A stretch of DNA of 63,874 nt, the filler included. It is 5 parts of 5 records of this genome, joined end to end, with 100 filler letters (N's around TTAATTAATTAA, not from the genome) between each part and the next. Parts side by side here need not be neighbours in the genome. Positions count along the whole stretch, not along the records: positions 31,828 to 51,616 come from DRR723986_4041; 4 more parts are not named here. One strand, 5' to 3'. Both the position numbers and the translations under genes were made by a program. The first letter of the stretch is position 1, and each line of letters opens with the position of its first letter. Below, in pieces: positions 35,494 through 45,635 of the stretch. The notes beneath the pieces were generated by a model that saw nothing but the letters and a program-made list of their open reading frames with translations, did not search any database and had not been told where the DNA came from.

Positions 35494-36570
35494 TTGGAAT
35501 TTGACCTGATTCATCGCTATTTCAAAACTCCTTTTGGCGGGCTTGCTCAGGCCAATCCCGACTCCGTGCTGCTTGGCATTGGCGATGACTGTGCCACTCT
35601 CCGGATCCTGCCCAATCACCATCTATTCACCTCCACCGACACCCTGGTGGAGGGCGTTCATTTTTTTTCAGACGATCCACCCAGTGTCATAGGTTGGAAG
35701 GCCTTGGCCAGTAATTTGTCCGATCTCGCTGCCAGTGGGGCAAGTCCACTCGGCTTCACGCTCAATTTAAGTTTGCCCGAAATTGATGAAAACTGGCTGG
35801 CTGGCTTCTCTGCCGGTTTGCTCGACATCGCCACCCGTTTTAATTGCCCCCTGGTGGGTGGCGACACCACTTCAGCTGGCTCCAGTCCATTGAAAACCCT
35901 GTCAATCACGGTGTTTGGGCAGGCGCCTGCTGCACACCGAGGCTTCAACCGGGCGCACGCGAGAATTGGTGAGGAAATCTGGCTGAGTGGTACCCCAGGG
36001 CTTGCTCGCCTCGGGCTTTTGCTTGAATACCAAAAACGGGGTTATTTGGAGCAGCGATGTGAGGGCGTAGAGCTGTCGCAGATTCAGGCCCTGCTTGCTG
36101 CGATGACAGCCAAGTTGCAGCAAAGAGCAGTAAGTCGGCTTCGAATGCCTGTTCCGCGAGTCGAACTCGGACTGAAACTGCGTGGTCTGGCCAGCGCCTG
36201 CCTTGATCTGTCCGATGGTTTAAGTGGGGATTTGGCCCACATTTCCAATTCAAGCGGCGTGTCCGCCGTACTGTTTCAATCAAGCTTGGAGTCCATGTGG
36301 CGCAATTGTTGGCCTGAAATCGACCAGCATGCGGACGCTGCCCAATTGTTGAAAACGTTGCTTATGCAAACTTGGAGGGGTGGAGATGATTTTGAATTGT
36401 GCTGGACGGCTCATCCAAATCATCACAGTGCAATACAATCGCTGGGAGATGACCTGACATGTGTGGGCGTCATCGAAACCGGACGCGAAATATGGGTGCA
36501 ATCCCCCAGCGCAGGCCGCACGCGCGTGGCCAGCCTTTCTTATAATCATTTTGCCGAGATCCCGAATTGA
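35494..36570 (+). CDS. thiL: thiamine-monophosphate kinase
   Basis: EFDLI, GIGDDCA, DTLVEGVHF, NLSDLAA, GGDTT, DLSDGL, GDDFEL. Confidence 0.93.
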   Translation: MEFDLIHRYFKTPFGGLAQANPDSVLLGIGDDCATLRILPNHHLFTSTDTLVEGVHFFSDDPPSVIGWKALASNLSDLAASGASPLGFTLNLSLPEIDENWLAGFSAGLLDIATRFNCPLVGGDTTSAGSSPLKTLSITVFGQAPAAHRGFNRAHARIGEEIWLSGTPGLARLGLLLEYQKRGYLEQRCEGVELSQIQALLAAMTAKLQQRAVSRLRMPVPRVELGLKLRGLASACLDLSDGLSGDLAHISNSSGVSAVLFQSSLESMWRNCWPEIDQHADAAQLLKTLLMQTWRGGDDFELCWTAHPNHHSAIQSLGDDLTCVGVIETGREIWVQSPSAGRTRVASLSYNHFAEIPN

Positions 36571-37073
36571 GTTTGCCCCACCGTTCAAGACCTGACTGGC
36601 GTTTTATGCTCTCCCATCCAGCGCACTTGATAGCCTTGGGCTTTGGTAGCGGTCTGGCCTGGATTTTACCCGGTACTTTCGGCACATTAATGGGCTGGCT
36701 ATTGTATGTTTGGCTGGATCCCTATTTGGCAACCAATCAGTGGATTTGGGTCATTGTGGGTGCTTTTGTTGCCGGTGCCTGGGCCTGTCAGATTGCCGGA
36801 AAGGCCCTGGGGGTTATCGATCACGGCGGGATTGTCTGGGATGAAATTGTGGCGATCTGGTTGGTGTTGTTTGTGGCCTCCAATCATTTTTCTAGTCCAC
36901 TGGAACAATTGGCTTGCGTGGCCTTGTTCCGGTTTTTTGACATGGTGAAACCACCCCCAATCCGCTGGTTTGATCGCCACTGGAAAAATGGTTTTGGTGT
37001 AATGTTCGATGACATCGTTGCTGCTTTCATGACCTTGTTGGCTTTAGCGGTCTATTTGTATTTTTTGAAGTGA
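36567..37073 (+). CDS. pgpA: phosphatidylglycerophosphatase A
   Basis: GFGSGL..PGTFGT, DHGGIVWDE, FRFFDMVKP, GVMFDD. Confidence 0.95.
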   Translation: MSLPHRSRPDWRFMLSHPAHLIALGFGSGLAWILPGTFGTLMGWLLYVWLDPYLATNQWIWVIVGAFVAGAWACQIAGKALGVIDHGGIVWDEIVAIWLVLFVASNHFSSPLEQLACVALFRFFDMVKPPPIRWFDRHWKNGFGVMFDDIVAAFMTLLALAVYLYFLK

Positions 37074-37104
37074 ATTCAATTTTGAAAACGCTGAGAGGAG
37101 CCTC

Positions 37105-37602
37105 TTGAGTAATCCAGACCAAGCACTTTTGCTGCAAATTGCGGACATATTCAATGCATCGGCAGGCAAACTCGGTGTGGTCGAGTCTTGTACTGGGGGC
37201 GGGCTTGGCTCGGCATTGACTAGTCTACCCGGCTCTAGCGACTGGTTTGAAGGTGGGCTGATCACCTATTCAAACAAGGTCAAGATGAAGTCGGTTTACG
37301 TGCGCGAATCGACTTTGGAGCAGCACGGTGCAGTGAGTGAAGAATGTGTCAAGGAAATGGCCAATGGCGGCATGATTGCCTTGGGTGTGGACTGTTGTCT
37401 TTCGGTGTCGGGCATTGCTGGCCCTGGAGGCGGCTCTGCGAGCAAGCCTGTCGGCACGGTTTGGTTTGGCTTGGCAGTTCGGCACAAATCGATTGAGGCT
37501 TTTCATCATTTGTTTGAGGGTGATCGGGAGGCCGTGCGTCAACAGGCGGTACAAGCTGGGTTAGCTATTCTGTCCAAAGTATCACTCAAAAAGGCTGTAT
37601 AG
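37105..37602 (+). CDS. pncC: CinA/PncC family NMN amidohydrolase
   Basis: ESCTGG, PGSSDWF, TYSN, HGAVS, SGIAGPGGG..KPVGTV. Confidence 0.88.
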   Translation: MSNPDQALLLQIADIFNASAGKLGVVESCTGGGLGSALTSLPGSSDWFEGGLITYSNKVKMKSVYVRESTLEQHGAVSEECVKEMANGGMIALGVDCCLSVSGIAGPGGGSASKPVGTVWFGLAVRHKSIEAFHHLFEGDREAVRQQAVQAGLAILSKVSLKKAV

Positions 37603-37610
37603 ATTTACAG
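37595..37610. promoter_or_regulatory. LexA (SOS) box upstream of recA
   Basis: CTGT-ATAGATTT-ACAG fits CTGT-N8-ACAG; ends 54 nt before the recA ATG. Confidence 0.88.
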
Positions 37611-37664
37611 TAAAAACTGTGCAATAATTCGGAAATCGCAACCCAATTCAGTTGAAGGCAGACC

Positions 37665-38744
37665 ATGGAAGATCTCAGAACCAAAAACCAATCCTCAGAA
37701 AAAGTCAAAGCCCTGGCCGCCGCGCTCAGCCAAATTGAAAAACAGTTTGGCAAGGGCAGTATCATGCGTTTTGGTGAAAACGAGATTGTTGATGACATCC
37801 AGTCGGTCTCAACCGGTTCCTTGGGGCTTGATATTGCCTTGGGTATTGGTGGTCTGCCTCGCGGTCGAGTTGTCGAAATTTATGGTCCAGAATCCTCAGG
37901 TAAAACCACCCTGACTCTGCAGGTTATTGCTGAAATGCAAAAACTTGGCGGCACCTGTGCTTTTATTGATGCGGAACATGCGCTCGATGTCCAATACGCA
38001 GCCAAACTGGGCGTTAACTTGCCTGATTTATTGATTTCCCAGCCTGACACGGGTGAACAGGCTCTCGAGATTGTGGATGCTTTGGTTCGTTCCGGCTCTG
38101 TTGATTTGGTGATTGTGGACTCTGTGGCTGCCCTGACACCCAAAGCTGAAATTGAAGGTGACATGGGCGACTCTCTGCCCGGTCTTCAAGCCAGATTGAT
38201 GAGTCAGGCCTTACGCAAATTAACTGCCAATATCAAGCGGACCAATTGTCTGGTTATTTTTATTAACCAAATTCGAATGAAAATCGGTGTGATGTTTGGT
38301 AGCCCAGAGACAACGACGGGGGGTAACGCCCTGAAGTTTTACTCCTCGGTTCGCCTGGACATTCGCCGAATCGGGTCTATCAAGAAAGGCGAAGAAGTCA
38401 TTGGCAGCGAAACACGTGTCAAAGTTGTAAAGAACAAAGTAAGTCCTCCTTTTAAGCAGGCTGAATTCGATATTTTGTACGGTCAGGGTACTTCCCGCGA
38501 AGGAGAGATTGTTGACTTGGGCGTTTTGCATGGGTTTGTTGACAAGGCAGGTGCGTGGTATTCCTACAATGGTGAGAAAATTGGTCAGGGCAAAGACAAT
38601 GCCCGCGATTTTTTGAAAGCCAATCCTGCGATGTCGGCTGAGATCGAAAATAAAATCCGAGAAAAACTGGGGGTACGTTTGCTTGAAGAAGCGTCAGCCG
38701 CCCCTGCTGCCAAAAAGAAGAATGAAGTCGAAGACGCCGAGTAA
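37665..38744 (+). CDS. recA: recombinase RecA
   Basis: [41 protein letters not shown]. Confidence 0.99.
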   Translation: MEDLRTKNQSSEKVKALAAALSQIEKQFGKGSIMRFGENEIVDDIQSVSTGSLGLDIALGIGGLPRGRVVEIYGPESSGKTTLTLQVIAEMQKLGGTCAFIDAEHALDVQYAAKLGVNLPDLLISQPDTGEQALEIVDALVRSGSVDLVIVDSVAALTPKAEIEGDMGDSLPGLQARLMSQALRKLTANIKRTNCLVIFINQIRMKIGVMFGSPETTTGGNALKFYSSVRLDIRRIGSIKKGEEVIGSETRVKVVKNKVSPPFKQAEFDILYGQGTSREGEIVDLGVLHGFVDKAGAWYSYNGEKIGQGKDNARDFLKANPAMSAEIENKIREKLGVRLLEEASAAPAAKKKNEVEDAE

Positions 38745-39315
38745 GTTACCAATCAAGTCGCCCATTAAGTCAAATGGGCGTTCATTCGGAGGTACTACGG
38801 GCTCTAGCAAGCCCGTGGTTTCCGCCAAGTCCAAGGCTGTCGCCTTGCTTGCCCGCAGGGAACACAGCCAAACTGAGCTTCGATCCAAGTTATTGCAACG
38901 TGGTTACGAGCCCAGTGAAGTGGAGGAGGCCATTGAATGGACAACTTCGCACCAATTTCAATCCGATGAGCGTTTCAAACTCAGCCTGTTTCGCAGGCGA
39001 GCCCCAACCTTTGGAGATCGTGCAATTGCTGCCGAATTAGGGCAACACGGCTTGGGCGATGTCAAATCGCTCTCGCATGACGATTCTGAAACCCAAATCT
39101 TGAACAGTGAAGAAGACCGAGCGTTTGAGTGGATAAAGCGTAGGCAACTTTCAAGTCTGGACAGCCTCTTTGGTTCCGATTCGCCGGTCGACCAAGCTGA
39201 ATTGTTGGTTTTGAAGTCCAAGGTTTATCGCGGCCTCTCCGCCCGCGGGTTTGAATTTGGCAACATTGAGCGCGCCTGGCGGCGCATTCTAGCTGAGTTC
39301 AAATCCAATGCGTGA
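38722..39315 (+). CDS. recX: regulatory protein RecX
   Basis: [31 protein letters not shown]; directly after recA. Confidence 0.88.
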   Translation: MKSKTPSKLPIKSPIKSNGRSFGGTTGSSKPVVSAKSKAVALLARREHSQTELRSKLLQRGYEPSEVEEAIEWTTSHQFQSDERFKLSLFRRRAPTFGDRAIAAELGQHGLGDVKSLSHDDSETQILNSEEDRAFEWIKRRQLSSLDSLFGSDSPVDQAELLVLKSKVYRGLSARGFEFGNIERAWRRILAEFKSNA

Positions 39316-39583
39316 TATCATACCTCCCGGCTTATGTGTTTCCATAGAAGTGATAGTCTAGTTAAATAACGAAGCGTTATTCAACGACACAAGAAGCAAA
39401 GAAAGAGATGGATAAAAACCTTCACAGCATGCCCGGCATGCCTCATCCTTGCCTCGGCTTTACGTCCGAGAACCCGCTTGCGCTGTCACGCGAAAAAAAC
39501 ACTCTCCACTTTAAAATGTTGTCAGTTCAGTCGCCTTGTTGCGTCTAGCCGATGTGCATTAACTTTCCCAGCAAGGAATTCAA

Positions 39584-40750
39584 ATGAAGATTCACGAGTA
39601 TCAAGGCAAGGAAATTCTGAAGAAGTATGGTGTTGCTGTTCCTACCGGCTACCCCTGTTTTTCAATCGACGAGGCGATTGCAGCCGCGGAAAAATTGGGC
39701 GGCCCGGTTTGGGTGGTGAAGGCGCAAATTCACGCAGGTGGCCGCGGCAAGGGCGGTGGCGTGAAAGTGGCCAAGAGCATGGACGATGTCAAAACATACG
39801 CAGGCCAAATTCTGGGTATGCAATTGATTACCCATCAAACTGGCCCAGAGGGTCAGAAAGTCAGCCGTTTGCTGGTTGAGGAAGGGGCCGACATCAAAAA
39901 AGAATATTACGTTGGCATGGTGGTTGACCGCGTTACCCAGCGTGTCTGCGTCATGGCATCCAGTGAAGGCGGGATGGAAATTGAAGAGGTGGCGGAACAC
40001 ACCCCGGAATTGATTCACAAAGTGTACGTCGATCCGGTTGCGGGGCTTACTGACGCGGAAGCTGACGATTTGGCAGTGAAAATCGGCATCCCAGCGGCCT
40101 CGGTTGCCAAGGCGCGAGTGGCGTTTCAAGGTCTGTACAAGGCATTTTGGGAAACTGATGCCAGCCTGGCCGAGATCAACCCACTGATCTTGACGGGTTC
40201 AGGGGACATCATCGCGCTGGATGCAAAGCTGAACTTCGATTCCAACGCGCTGCACCGCCATCCAGAAATCGTGGCCCTGCGTGATCTGGCAGAGGAAGAT
40301 CCTGCGGAGATTGAAGCAAGCAAATTCGACCTTAGCTACATCAGCCTGGACGGAAACATTGGTTGCTTGGTGAATGGCGCCGGTTTGGCCATGGCGACCA
40401 TGGATACCATCAAGTTGTTTGGCGGTGAGCCCGCCAACTTCCTGGATGTGGGCGGCGGTGCCACCACTGAAAAGGTGACGGAAGCTTTCAAAATCATGTT
40501 GAAAAACCCCAACCTGAAAGCCATTTTGGTGAATATTTTTGGCGGCATCATGCGTTGCGACGTGATTGCAGATGGCGTGGTAGCAGCATCAAAAGCTGTG
40601 GGTTTGTCGGTTCCTTTGGTTGTGCGCATGAAAGGCACCAACGAAGATTTGGGCAAGAAAATTTTGGCTGAATCTGGTTTGTCGATTATTGCAGCGAACA
40701 CCATGGGTGAGGCTGCGCAAAAAGTGGTGGCTGCGACCAAGGGCGCCTAA
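39584..40750 (+). CDS. sucC: succinyl-CoA synthetase beta subunit
   Basis: [44 protein letters not shown]. Confidence 0.98.
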   Translation: MKIHEYQGKEILKKYGVAVPTGYPCFSIDEAIAAAEKLGGPVWVVKAQIHAGGRGKGGGVKVAKSMDDVKTYAGQILGMQLITHQTGPEGQKVSRLLVEEGADIKKEYYVGMVVDRVTQRVCVMASSEGGMEIEEVAEHTPELIHKVYVDPVAGLTDAEADDLAVKIGIPAASVAKARVAFQGLYKAFWETDASLAEINPLILTGSGDIIALDAKLNFDSNALHRHPEIVALRDLAEEDPAEIEASKFDLSYISLDGNIGCLVNGAGLAMATMDTIKLFGGEPANFLDVGGGATTEKVTEAFKIMLKNPNLKAILVNIFGGIMRCDVIADGVVAASKAVGLSVPLVVRMKGTNEDLGKKILAESGLSIIAANTMGEAAQKVVAATKGA

Positions 40751-40803
40751 GCGCTTGGTGCTCCATATCTGACAGCCATTCAACACGAAAAAGGATTTTC
40801 ACA

Positions 40804-41691
40804 ATGTCGATTCTCATTAATAAAGACACCAAGGTAATCACCCAAGGTATTACTGGTAAAACCGGTCAGTTTCACACGCGCATGTGCCGTGAATACGCCA
40901 ATGGCAAGAACTGCTTTGTTGCGGGTGTGAACCCCAAGAAAGCTGGCGAAGATTTTGAGGGCGTTCCCATTTATGGCACTGTGGCCGATGCCAAAAAACA
41001 GACCGGTGCCAACGCATCCGTGATTTACGTTCCTCCCCCCTTTGCTGCGGCTGCCATTTGGGAGGCTGTAGAAGCTGATCTGGATTTGGTGATCTGTATC
41101 ACTGAAGGTATTCCCGTTCGTGACATGATCGAGGTACGAGATCGCATGCGCAGGGAAGGGCGCAAAACCATCGTGGTGGGACCAAACTGCCCCGGTGTTA
41201 TTACGCCTGATGAAATCAAGATTGGTATCATGCCCGGTCATATCCATAAAAAAGGACGTATCGGCGTGGTGTCTCGCTCCGGTACCCTAACCTATGAGGC
41301 AGTGGGCCAGTTGAGTGAGTTGGGCTTGGGTCAGTCCACAGCCGTGGGTATCGGTGGAGATCCCGTGAACGGACTGAAGCACATCGACGTGATGCGAATG
41401 TTCAATGACGATCCTGACACCGATGCCGTGGTCATGATTGGCGAAATTGGTGGTAGTGACGAAGAAGAGGCCGCCTTGTGGGTGAAGGACAACATGAAGA
41501 AACCCGTGGTTGGCTTCATCGCCGGTGTTACAGCACCCCCCGGAAAGCGGATGGGACACGCCGGCGCGATTATCTCTGGCGGTAAAGGGACCGCTCAGGA
41601 GAAGCTGGCCATTATGGAAGAGTGCGGTATTACCGTGACCAAAGACCCTTCCGTGATGGGCCAATTGCTGAAGAAGGCCATCGGGGCCTGA
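40804..41691 (+). CDS. sucD: succinyl-CoA synthetase alpha subunit
   Basis: [31 protein letters not shown]. Confidence 0.98.
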   Translation: MSILINKDTKVITQGITGKTGQFHTRMCREYANGKNCFVAGVNPKKAGEDFEGVPIYGTVADAKKQTGANASVIYVPPPFAAAAIWEAVEADLDLVICITEGIPVRDMIEVRDRMRREGRKTIVVGPNCPGVITPDEIKIGIMPGHIHKKGRIGVVSRSGTLTYEAVGQLSELGLGQSTAVGIGGDPVNGLKHIDVMRMFNDDPDTDAVVMIGEIGGSDEEEAALWVKDNMKKPVVGFIAGVTAPPGKRMGHAGAIISGGKGTAQEKLAIMEECGITVTKDPSVMGQLLKKAIGA

Positions 41692-41711
41692 GTAGTCAAG
41701 TCGTAGTTTAT

Positions 41712-41750
41712 AAAAAAACCCCACCATTCACTCAGAATGGTGGGGTTTTT
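41712..41750 (+). terminator. rho-independent terminator after sucD
   Basis: AAAAACCCCACCATTC-ACTCA-GAATGGTGGGGTTTTT. Confidence 0.9.
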
Positions 41751-41838
41751 CTTTGTAACCTTAGCGGGGGTACATCACGCAGGCTGAACACCGAAGAATG
41801 GTTTCTCAACACCACTTTTCGATGTGAGGAATGCGACG

Positions 41839-42342
41839 ATGAATACGCCACGAATTTTGATTGGAAGTAGGGTTTCGAAGGGTTTCACCCTCATTGAACT
41901 GATGATTGGCATTGCGATTATTGGCGTGCTGTCGGCAATTGCAATCCCGGCGTTTCAGGATTACTTGAATCGCTCCAAAGTCACTGAGTTAATGAATATT
42001 GCCCAGTCTTGCAAGGCAGGTATTATTGAATTCACAGCCACAACAAATGCATGGCCAGCTAACGCCGGCGATGCGGGTTGCCAGTCTAACGTTGCCGCAC
42101 AGAGCCAGTATGCACGTCAACTGACTGTTGGTGCGAACGGTAGAATTCAAGTCACATTCCAGGCCAACACGGTAGCGGCGGGCATCGCTGACAACAATTT
42201 TATTGCCTTGATTCCCTTCACCGGTGGCGTAAGACATACCAACCCTTTGCAGCCAGTGGGTGAGTGGCGTTGCGTCACCAACGTTACCGCTGAGTTTCGG
42301 CGCTACTTACCCGCAGCTTGCCGCAACAACAACGTTAACTAA
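41839..42342 (+). CDS. pilA: type IVa major pilin
   Basis: prepilin site KG|FTLIELMIGIAIIGVLSAIAIPAFQDY; C-terminal WRC...YLPAACR. Confidence 0.9.
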   Translation: MNTPRILIGSRVSKGFTLIELMIGIAIIGVLSAIAIPAFQDYLNRSKVTELMNIAQSCKAGIIEFTATTNAWPANAGDAGCQSNVAAQSQYARQLTVGANGRIQVTFQANTVAAGIADNNFIALIPFTGGVRHTNPLQPVGEWRCVTNVTAEFRRYLPAACRNNNVN

Positions 42343-42345
42343 GAT

Positions 42346-42816
42346 TTACCGACTGAAATCACTTTTGCCGCCGCGTTTCTCGACAAGTCTGGTTTGGGTC
42401 ATGACCATGCCTTTGTCAATCGCTTTAAGCATGTCGTAAATGGTGAGAAGCCCTACCTGAACACCGGTCAGGGCTTCCATTTCCACCCCTGTTTTGCCCA
42501 CGGTTTGCGCGGTGCAGGTGCAATGAACCTCGCACAGTTCATCATTTAGTTCAAATTCAACCGCCAGTCGAGTCAGTGGAAGTGGGTGACACAATGGGAT
42601 CAGGTCTGAGGTGCGCTTGGCCCCCTGTATCGCGGCAATTCTGGCGACCCCCAACACATCGCCTTTCTTGGCGGATCCTGCTTTTAAAACAGCGTAGGCC
42701 TCATGCCCCAGCTGAATGGTGCCCGTGGCAACGGCTTTGCGTTCGGTTTCACTTTTCCCGCCCACATCGACCATGTGTGCATTGCCTTCTTGGTCAAAGT
42801 GCGTAAGTCCGTTCAT
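42346..42816 (-). CDS. moaC: cyclic pyranopterin monophosphate synthase
   Basis: LTHFD...[26 protein letters not shown]. Confidence 0.97.
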   Translation of the reverse strand: MNGLTHFDQEGNAHMVDVGGKSETERKAVATGTIQLGHEAYAVLKAGSAKKGDVLGVARIAAIQGAKRTSDLIPLCHPLPLTRLAVEFELNDELCEVHCTCTAQTVGKTGVEMEALTGVQVGLLTIYDMLKAIDKGMVMTQTRLVEKRGGKSDFSR

Positions 42817-42983
42817 TGTATTAATCCCCTGCTGACTGATTTTCTTAACTTTATAGGTGCTGGTCGCATGGCCTGCCAGGCGTTTACCTAAATTTACCCA
42901 AGGAAAAGCCGTGCTACGCCCGAAGTTGATTGAACTTGTTTTTCATCGCGCTATCATACCCAGACTACCACCGTAAAAAGCCC

Positions 42984-44579
42984 ATGATGCGTCTTGATTT
43001 TCGGAAAAGTGTTGCGAGTGTGCTGTGCAGTACCCTGCTGCTGTCGTCCATGCTGTCGCCGATCGCGCATGCGGATGGCTTGAATAACTTGCCAAGCTTG
43101 GGTGATGCGGGTGGGGCCGAGCTTTCTGTTCAGGATGAACGCCGATTGGGTGCCCTGATCATGAAAGATTATCGGGCTTTTGGCGCGGTGAATAATGATC
43201 TGGAGATCACTGCTTACATTAGCCGTTTGGGTAACAAGATCGTGCAAGCGGCGTCCGAATCTCCGTCCAATTTTGAGTTTTTTCTGGTCACCGACAAATC
43301 GGTGAATGCATTTGCCATGCCGGGTGGCTATATTGGCGTGCACACAGGGTTAATTGCGGCTTCCCAAACTGAATCCGAATTGGCATCCGTGTTGGCGCAC
43401 GAGGTGGGGCACGTGACCCAACGCCACATTGCGCGCCGTTTTGGCCAACAAAAGCAAACCAGTCTCGTTGCCACAGCGGCCATGATCGCGGCCTTGCTAG
43501 TGGCGGGCTCCAATCCGCAGGCAGCGTCCGGTTTGATGGCCGCAGGTGCGGGCTACTCAATCGATCAACAGTTGGCGTTCTCTCGCGACGCTGAGCGTGA
43601 GGCCGATCGGGTCGGATTTTTGACACTTCAGCAAGCAGGTTTTGATACCCAAGGCATGGTGGATTTTTTTGGTCGTTTGCAAACTGCATCGCGCCTCTAT
43701 GAAAACAATGCACCTTCTTATTTGCGTACTCACCCGTTAACCACCGAGCGAATTGCTGACATTCGTAACCGTGCAGGTCTGGAAAGCAGCTCAAACCGAA
43801 GTCAAGCCCAGTCAAGCCTTGAATTCGAGCTGATCCGGGTCAAGTCCATTGTGTTTGCGGAACGAAGCAACCAACAGTTGGCAGACCGTTTGCGAACATT
43901 TGAATCCCCCAATGAGCAAGAGGGTATTAAAGATCCAGTGGCGTTAATCTACGGCCGCTCGCTGGTCTTGAATTCCATGGGTCGAAAGCAGGAGGCTCTT
44001 GAAGCCAGTGAAAAGGCCATCGAGCTGTTTAAATCCGGGCAATCTGTGGTCAAGAAAACCGAGGTGCCCTTGCTGCTTCAAAGTCAACGTATGAGAATGG
44101 CCATGGATGTTAGCTTGCCGTTGGCCTCTGCACCTATGGACCAGCGTCCAGTTCGGGAGCGTTCGGCCTTGAATGCGCAGGAAAAAGCCACGCTTGGGCA
44201 GCTGACTTCCTTGAGAAATGAATTTAGAAGTGAAATGTCCGTTCGTCTGCTGTATGCCGAAGGGTTACAGCGCTTGGGTTTGTTTAAGGAATCAGACGCT
44301 TACCTGAAAGAACTTTCCCAGGCCTATCGCTCTGTGCCCGAGGTTTTTGATTTGCTCGCCCAAAGTGCTTTGGCTTTACGAAAGCCGGCGGAACACCACA
44401 TGGCCTTGGCTCAGTCTTACAACGCACGTCAAGCCTATCTGCCCGCGATTGAACAAGCTGAAATTGCCAAACGGTACGCGAGAGATAATTATTACTTGTT
44501 GGCCGAAATTGACGCCAAACAACGCGAATACAAACGCAAAGCTGACGCTGAGCGAGAATTCGCCAAGTTTGGCAACTAA
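42984..44579 (+). CDS. bepA: M48 family metalloprotease (BepA/YfgC-like)
   Basis: signal peptide; LPSLGD, NAFAMPGG, LAHEVGHV, FSRDAEREADR, YLRTHP; TPR-like C-terminus. Confidence 0.85.
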   Translation: MMRLDFRKSVASVLCSTLLLSSMLSPIAHADGLNNLPSLGDAGGAELSVQDERRLGALIMKDYRAFGAVNNDLEITAYISRLGNKIVQAASESPSNFEFFLVTDKSVNAFAMPGGYIGVHTGLIAASQTESELASVLAHEVGHVTQRHIARRFGQQKQTSLVATAAMIAALLVAGSNPQAASGLMAAGAGYSIDQQLAFSRDAEREADRVGFLTLQQAGFDTQGMVDFFGRLQTASRLYENNAPSYLRTHPLTTERIADIRNRAGLESSSNRSQAQSSLEFELIRVKSIVFAERSNQQLADRLRTFESPNEQEGIKDPVALIYGRSLVLNSMGRKQEALEASEKAIELFKSGQSVVKKTEVPLLLQSQRMRMAMDVSLPLASAPMDQRPVRERSALNAQEKATLGQLTSLRNEFRSEMSVRLLYAEGLQRLGLFKESDAYLKELSQAYRSVPEVFDLLAQSALALRKPAEHHMALAQSYNARQAYLPAIEQAEIAKRYARDNYYLLAEIDAKQREYKRKADAEREFAKFGN

Positions 44580-44614
44580 GTTTGGCAACTAAGCTCTGAA
44601 ACTTAGTTTGGCAA
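44565..44614 (+). repeat. 13-bp tandem duplication across the bepA stop codon, plus a partial third copy
   Basis: AAGTTTGGCAACT x2 (44565-44590); AGTTTGGCAA at 44605-44614. Confidence 0.75.
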
Positions 44615-44636
44615 TCAGCCAGCAAACGAAGCTGAG

Positions 44637-45611
44637 TTAATCCTTGTGATAATCACTGACTCGTTGTACTTCATTGGCCGAGCCCAGCATCACTGCGCAG
44701 CGCTGGTGTAGCTCGCTCGGTTGTATGTCCAGAATACGCTGGGTTGCGTCGAAGCTTTTGCCGCCAGCTTGCTCTATCAGCATGCTCATCGGGTTGGCCT
44801 CATACATCAGGCGCAGCTTGCCAGGCTTGTTGGGGTCGCGCAGGTCTTTGGGGTACATGAAAATACCCCCCCGGGTCAATACTCGGTGCACATCGGCCAC
44901 CATGGAGGCAATCCATCGCATGTTAAAGTCCTTGCCACGTACGCCGGTTTTTCCCTCCAGCAATTCAGTGATGTAACGCTGCACAGGTTTATACCAGTGG
45001 CGCTGGTTTGACATATTGATGGCGAATTCTTTGGTGTCTTCGGGCACATCCATACTTTCGCTGGTTTGGATGTACTGGCCAGCCTCGCGGTCGAGTGTAA
45101 ACGCGACTACGCCTCGGCCAAATGTCAGTACCAACGAGGTTTGGGGGCCGTACACCACGTAACCTGCAGCCAGTTGCTCGGTGCCAGGTTGCAGGAAGCT
45201 TTCATTGGTAATTTCGCCAACGTCAGGATTGGGCAGAACTGAGAAAATGGTGCCGATCGACACGTTCACGTCGATATTGCTGGAGCCATCCAGCGGGTCG
45301 AACAGTACCAGGAAAGGGCGATCGGAGTGCCCAGGCACTGGCGAGCAATCGTCCAGTTCTTCCGAGGCCATACCCGCCACCACGCCGGTTGCAGCAAGCG
45401 CATCCAGAATCATGTCATTGGCAATAATATCGAGCTTCTTCTGAGTTTCACCTTGTACATTTTCTGAACCAGCACTACCCAATACGCCGCCTAGCGCTCC
45501 TTTGTGAACTGCGGCGGAAATGGATTGCGACACATCGGCAATGGCCGAGATCAGCACACCCATGTGCGCATCTGCGTGGTGCTCAAGGTATTGCGCCAAA
45601 TTCATACTCAT
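44637..45611 (-). CDS. fbp: class 1 fructose-1,6-bisphosphatase
   Basis: [36 protein letters not shown]. Confidence 0.97.
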   Translation of the reverse strand: MSMNLAQYLEHHADAHMGVLISAIADVSQSISAAVHKGALGGVLGSAGSENVQGETQKKLDIIANDMILDALAATGVVAGMASEELDDCSPVPGHSDRPFLVLFDPLDGSSNIDVNVSIGTIFSVLPNPDVGEITNESFLQPGTEQLAAGYVVYGPQTSLVLTFGRGVVAFTLDREAGQYIQTSESMDVPEDTKEFAINMSNQRHWYKPVQRYITELLEGKTGVRGKDFNMRWIASMVADVHRVLTRGGIFMYPKDLRDPNKPGKLRLMYEANPMSMLIEQAGGKSFDATQRILDIQPSELHQRCAVMLGSANEVQRVSDYHKD

Positions 45612-45635
45612 CGTTGTCCTCTGTTCATTTCAAAA

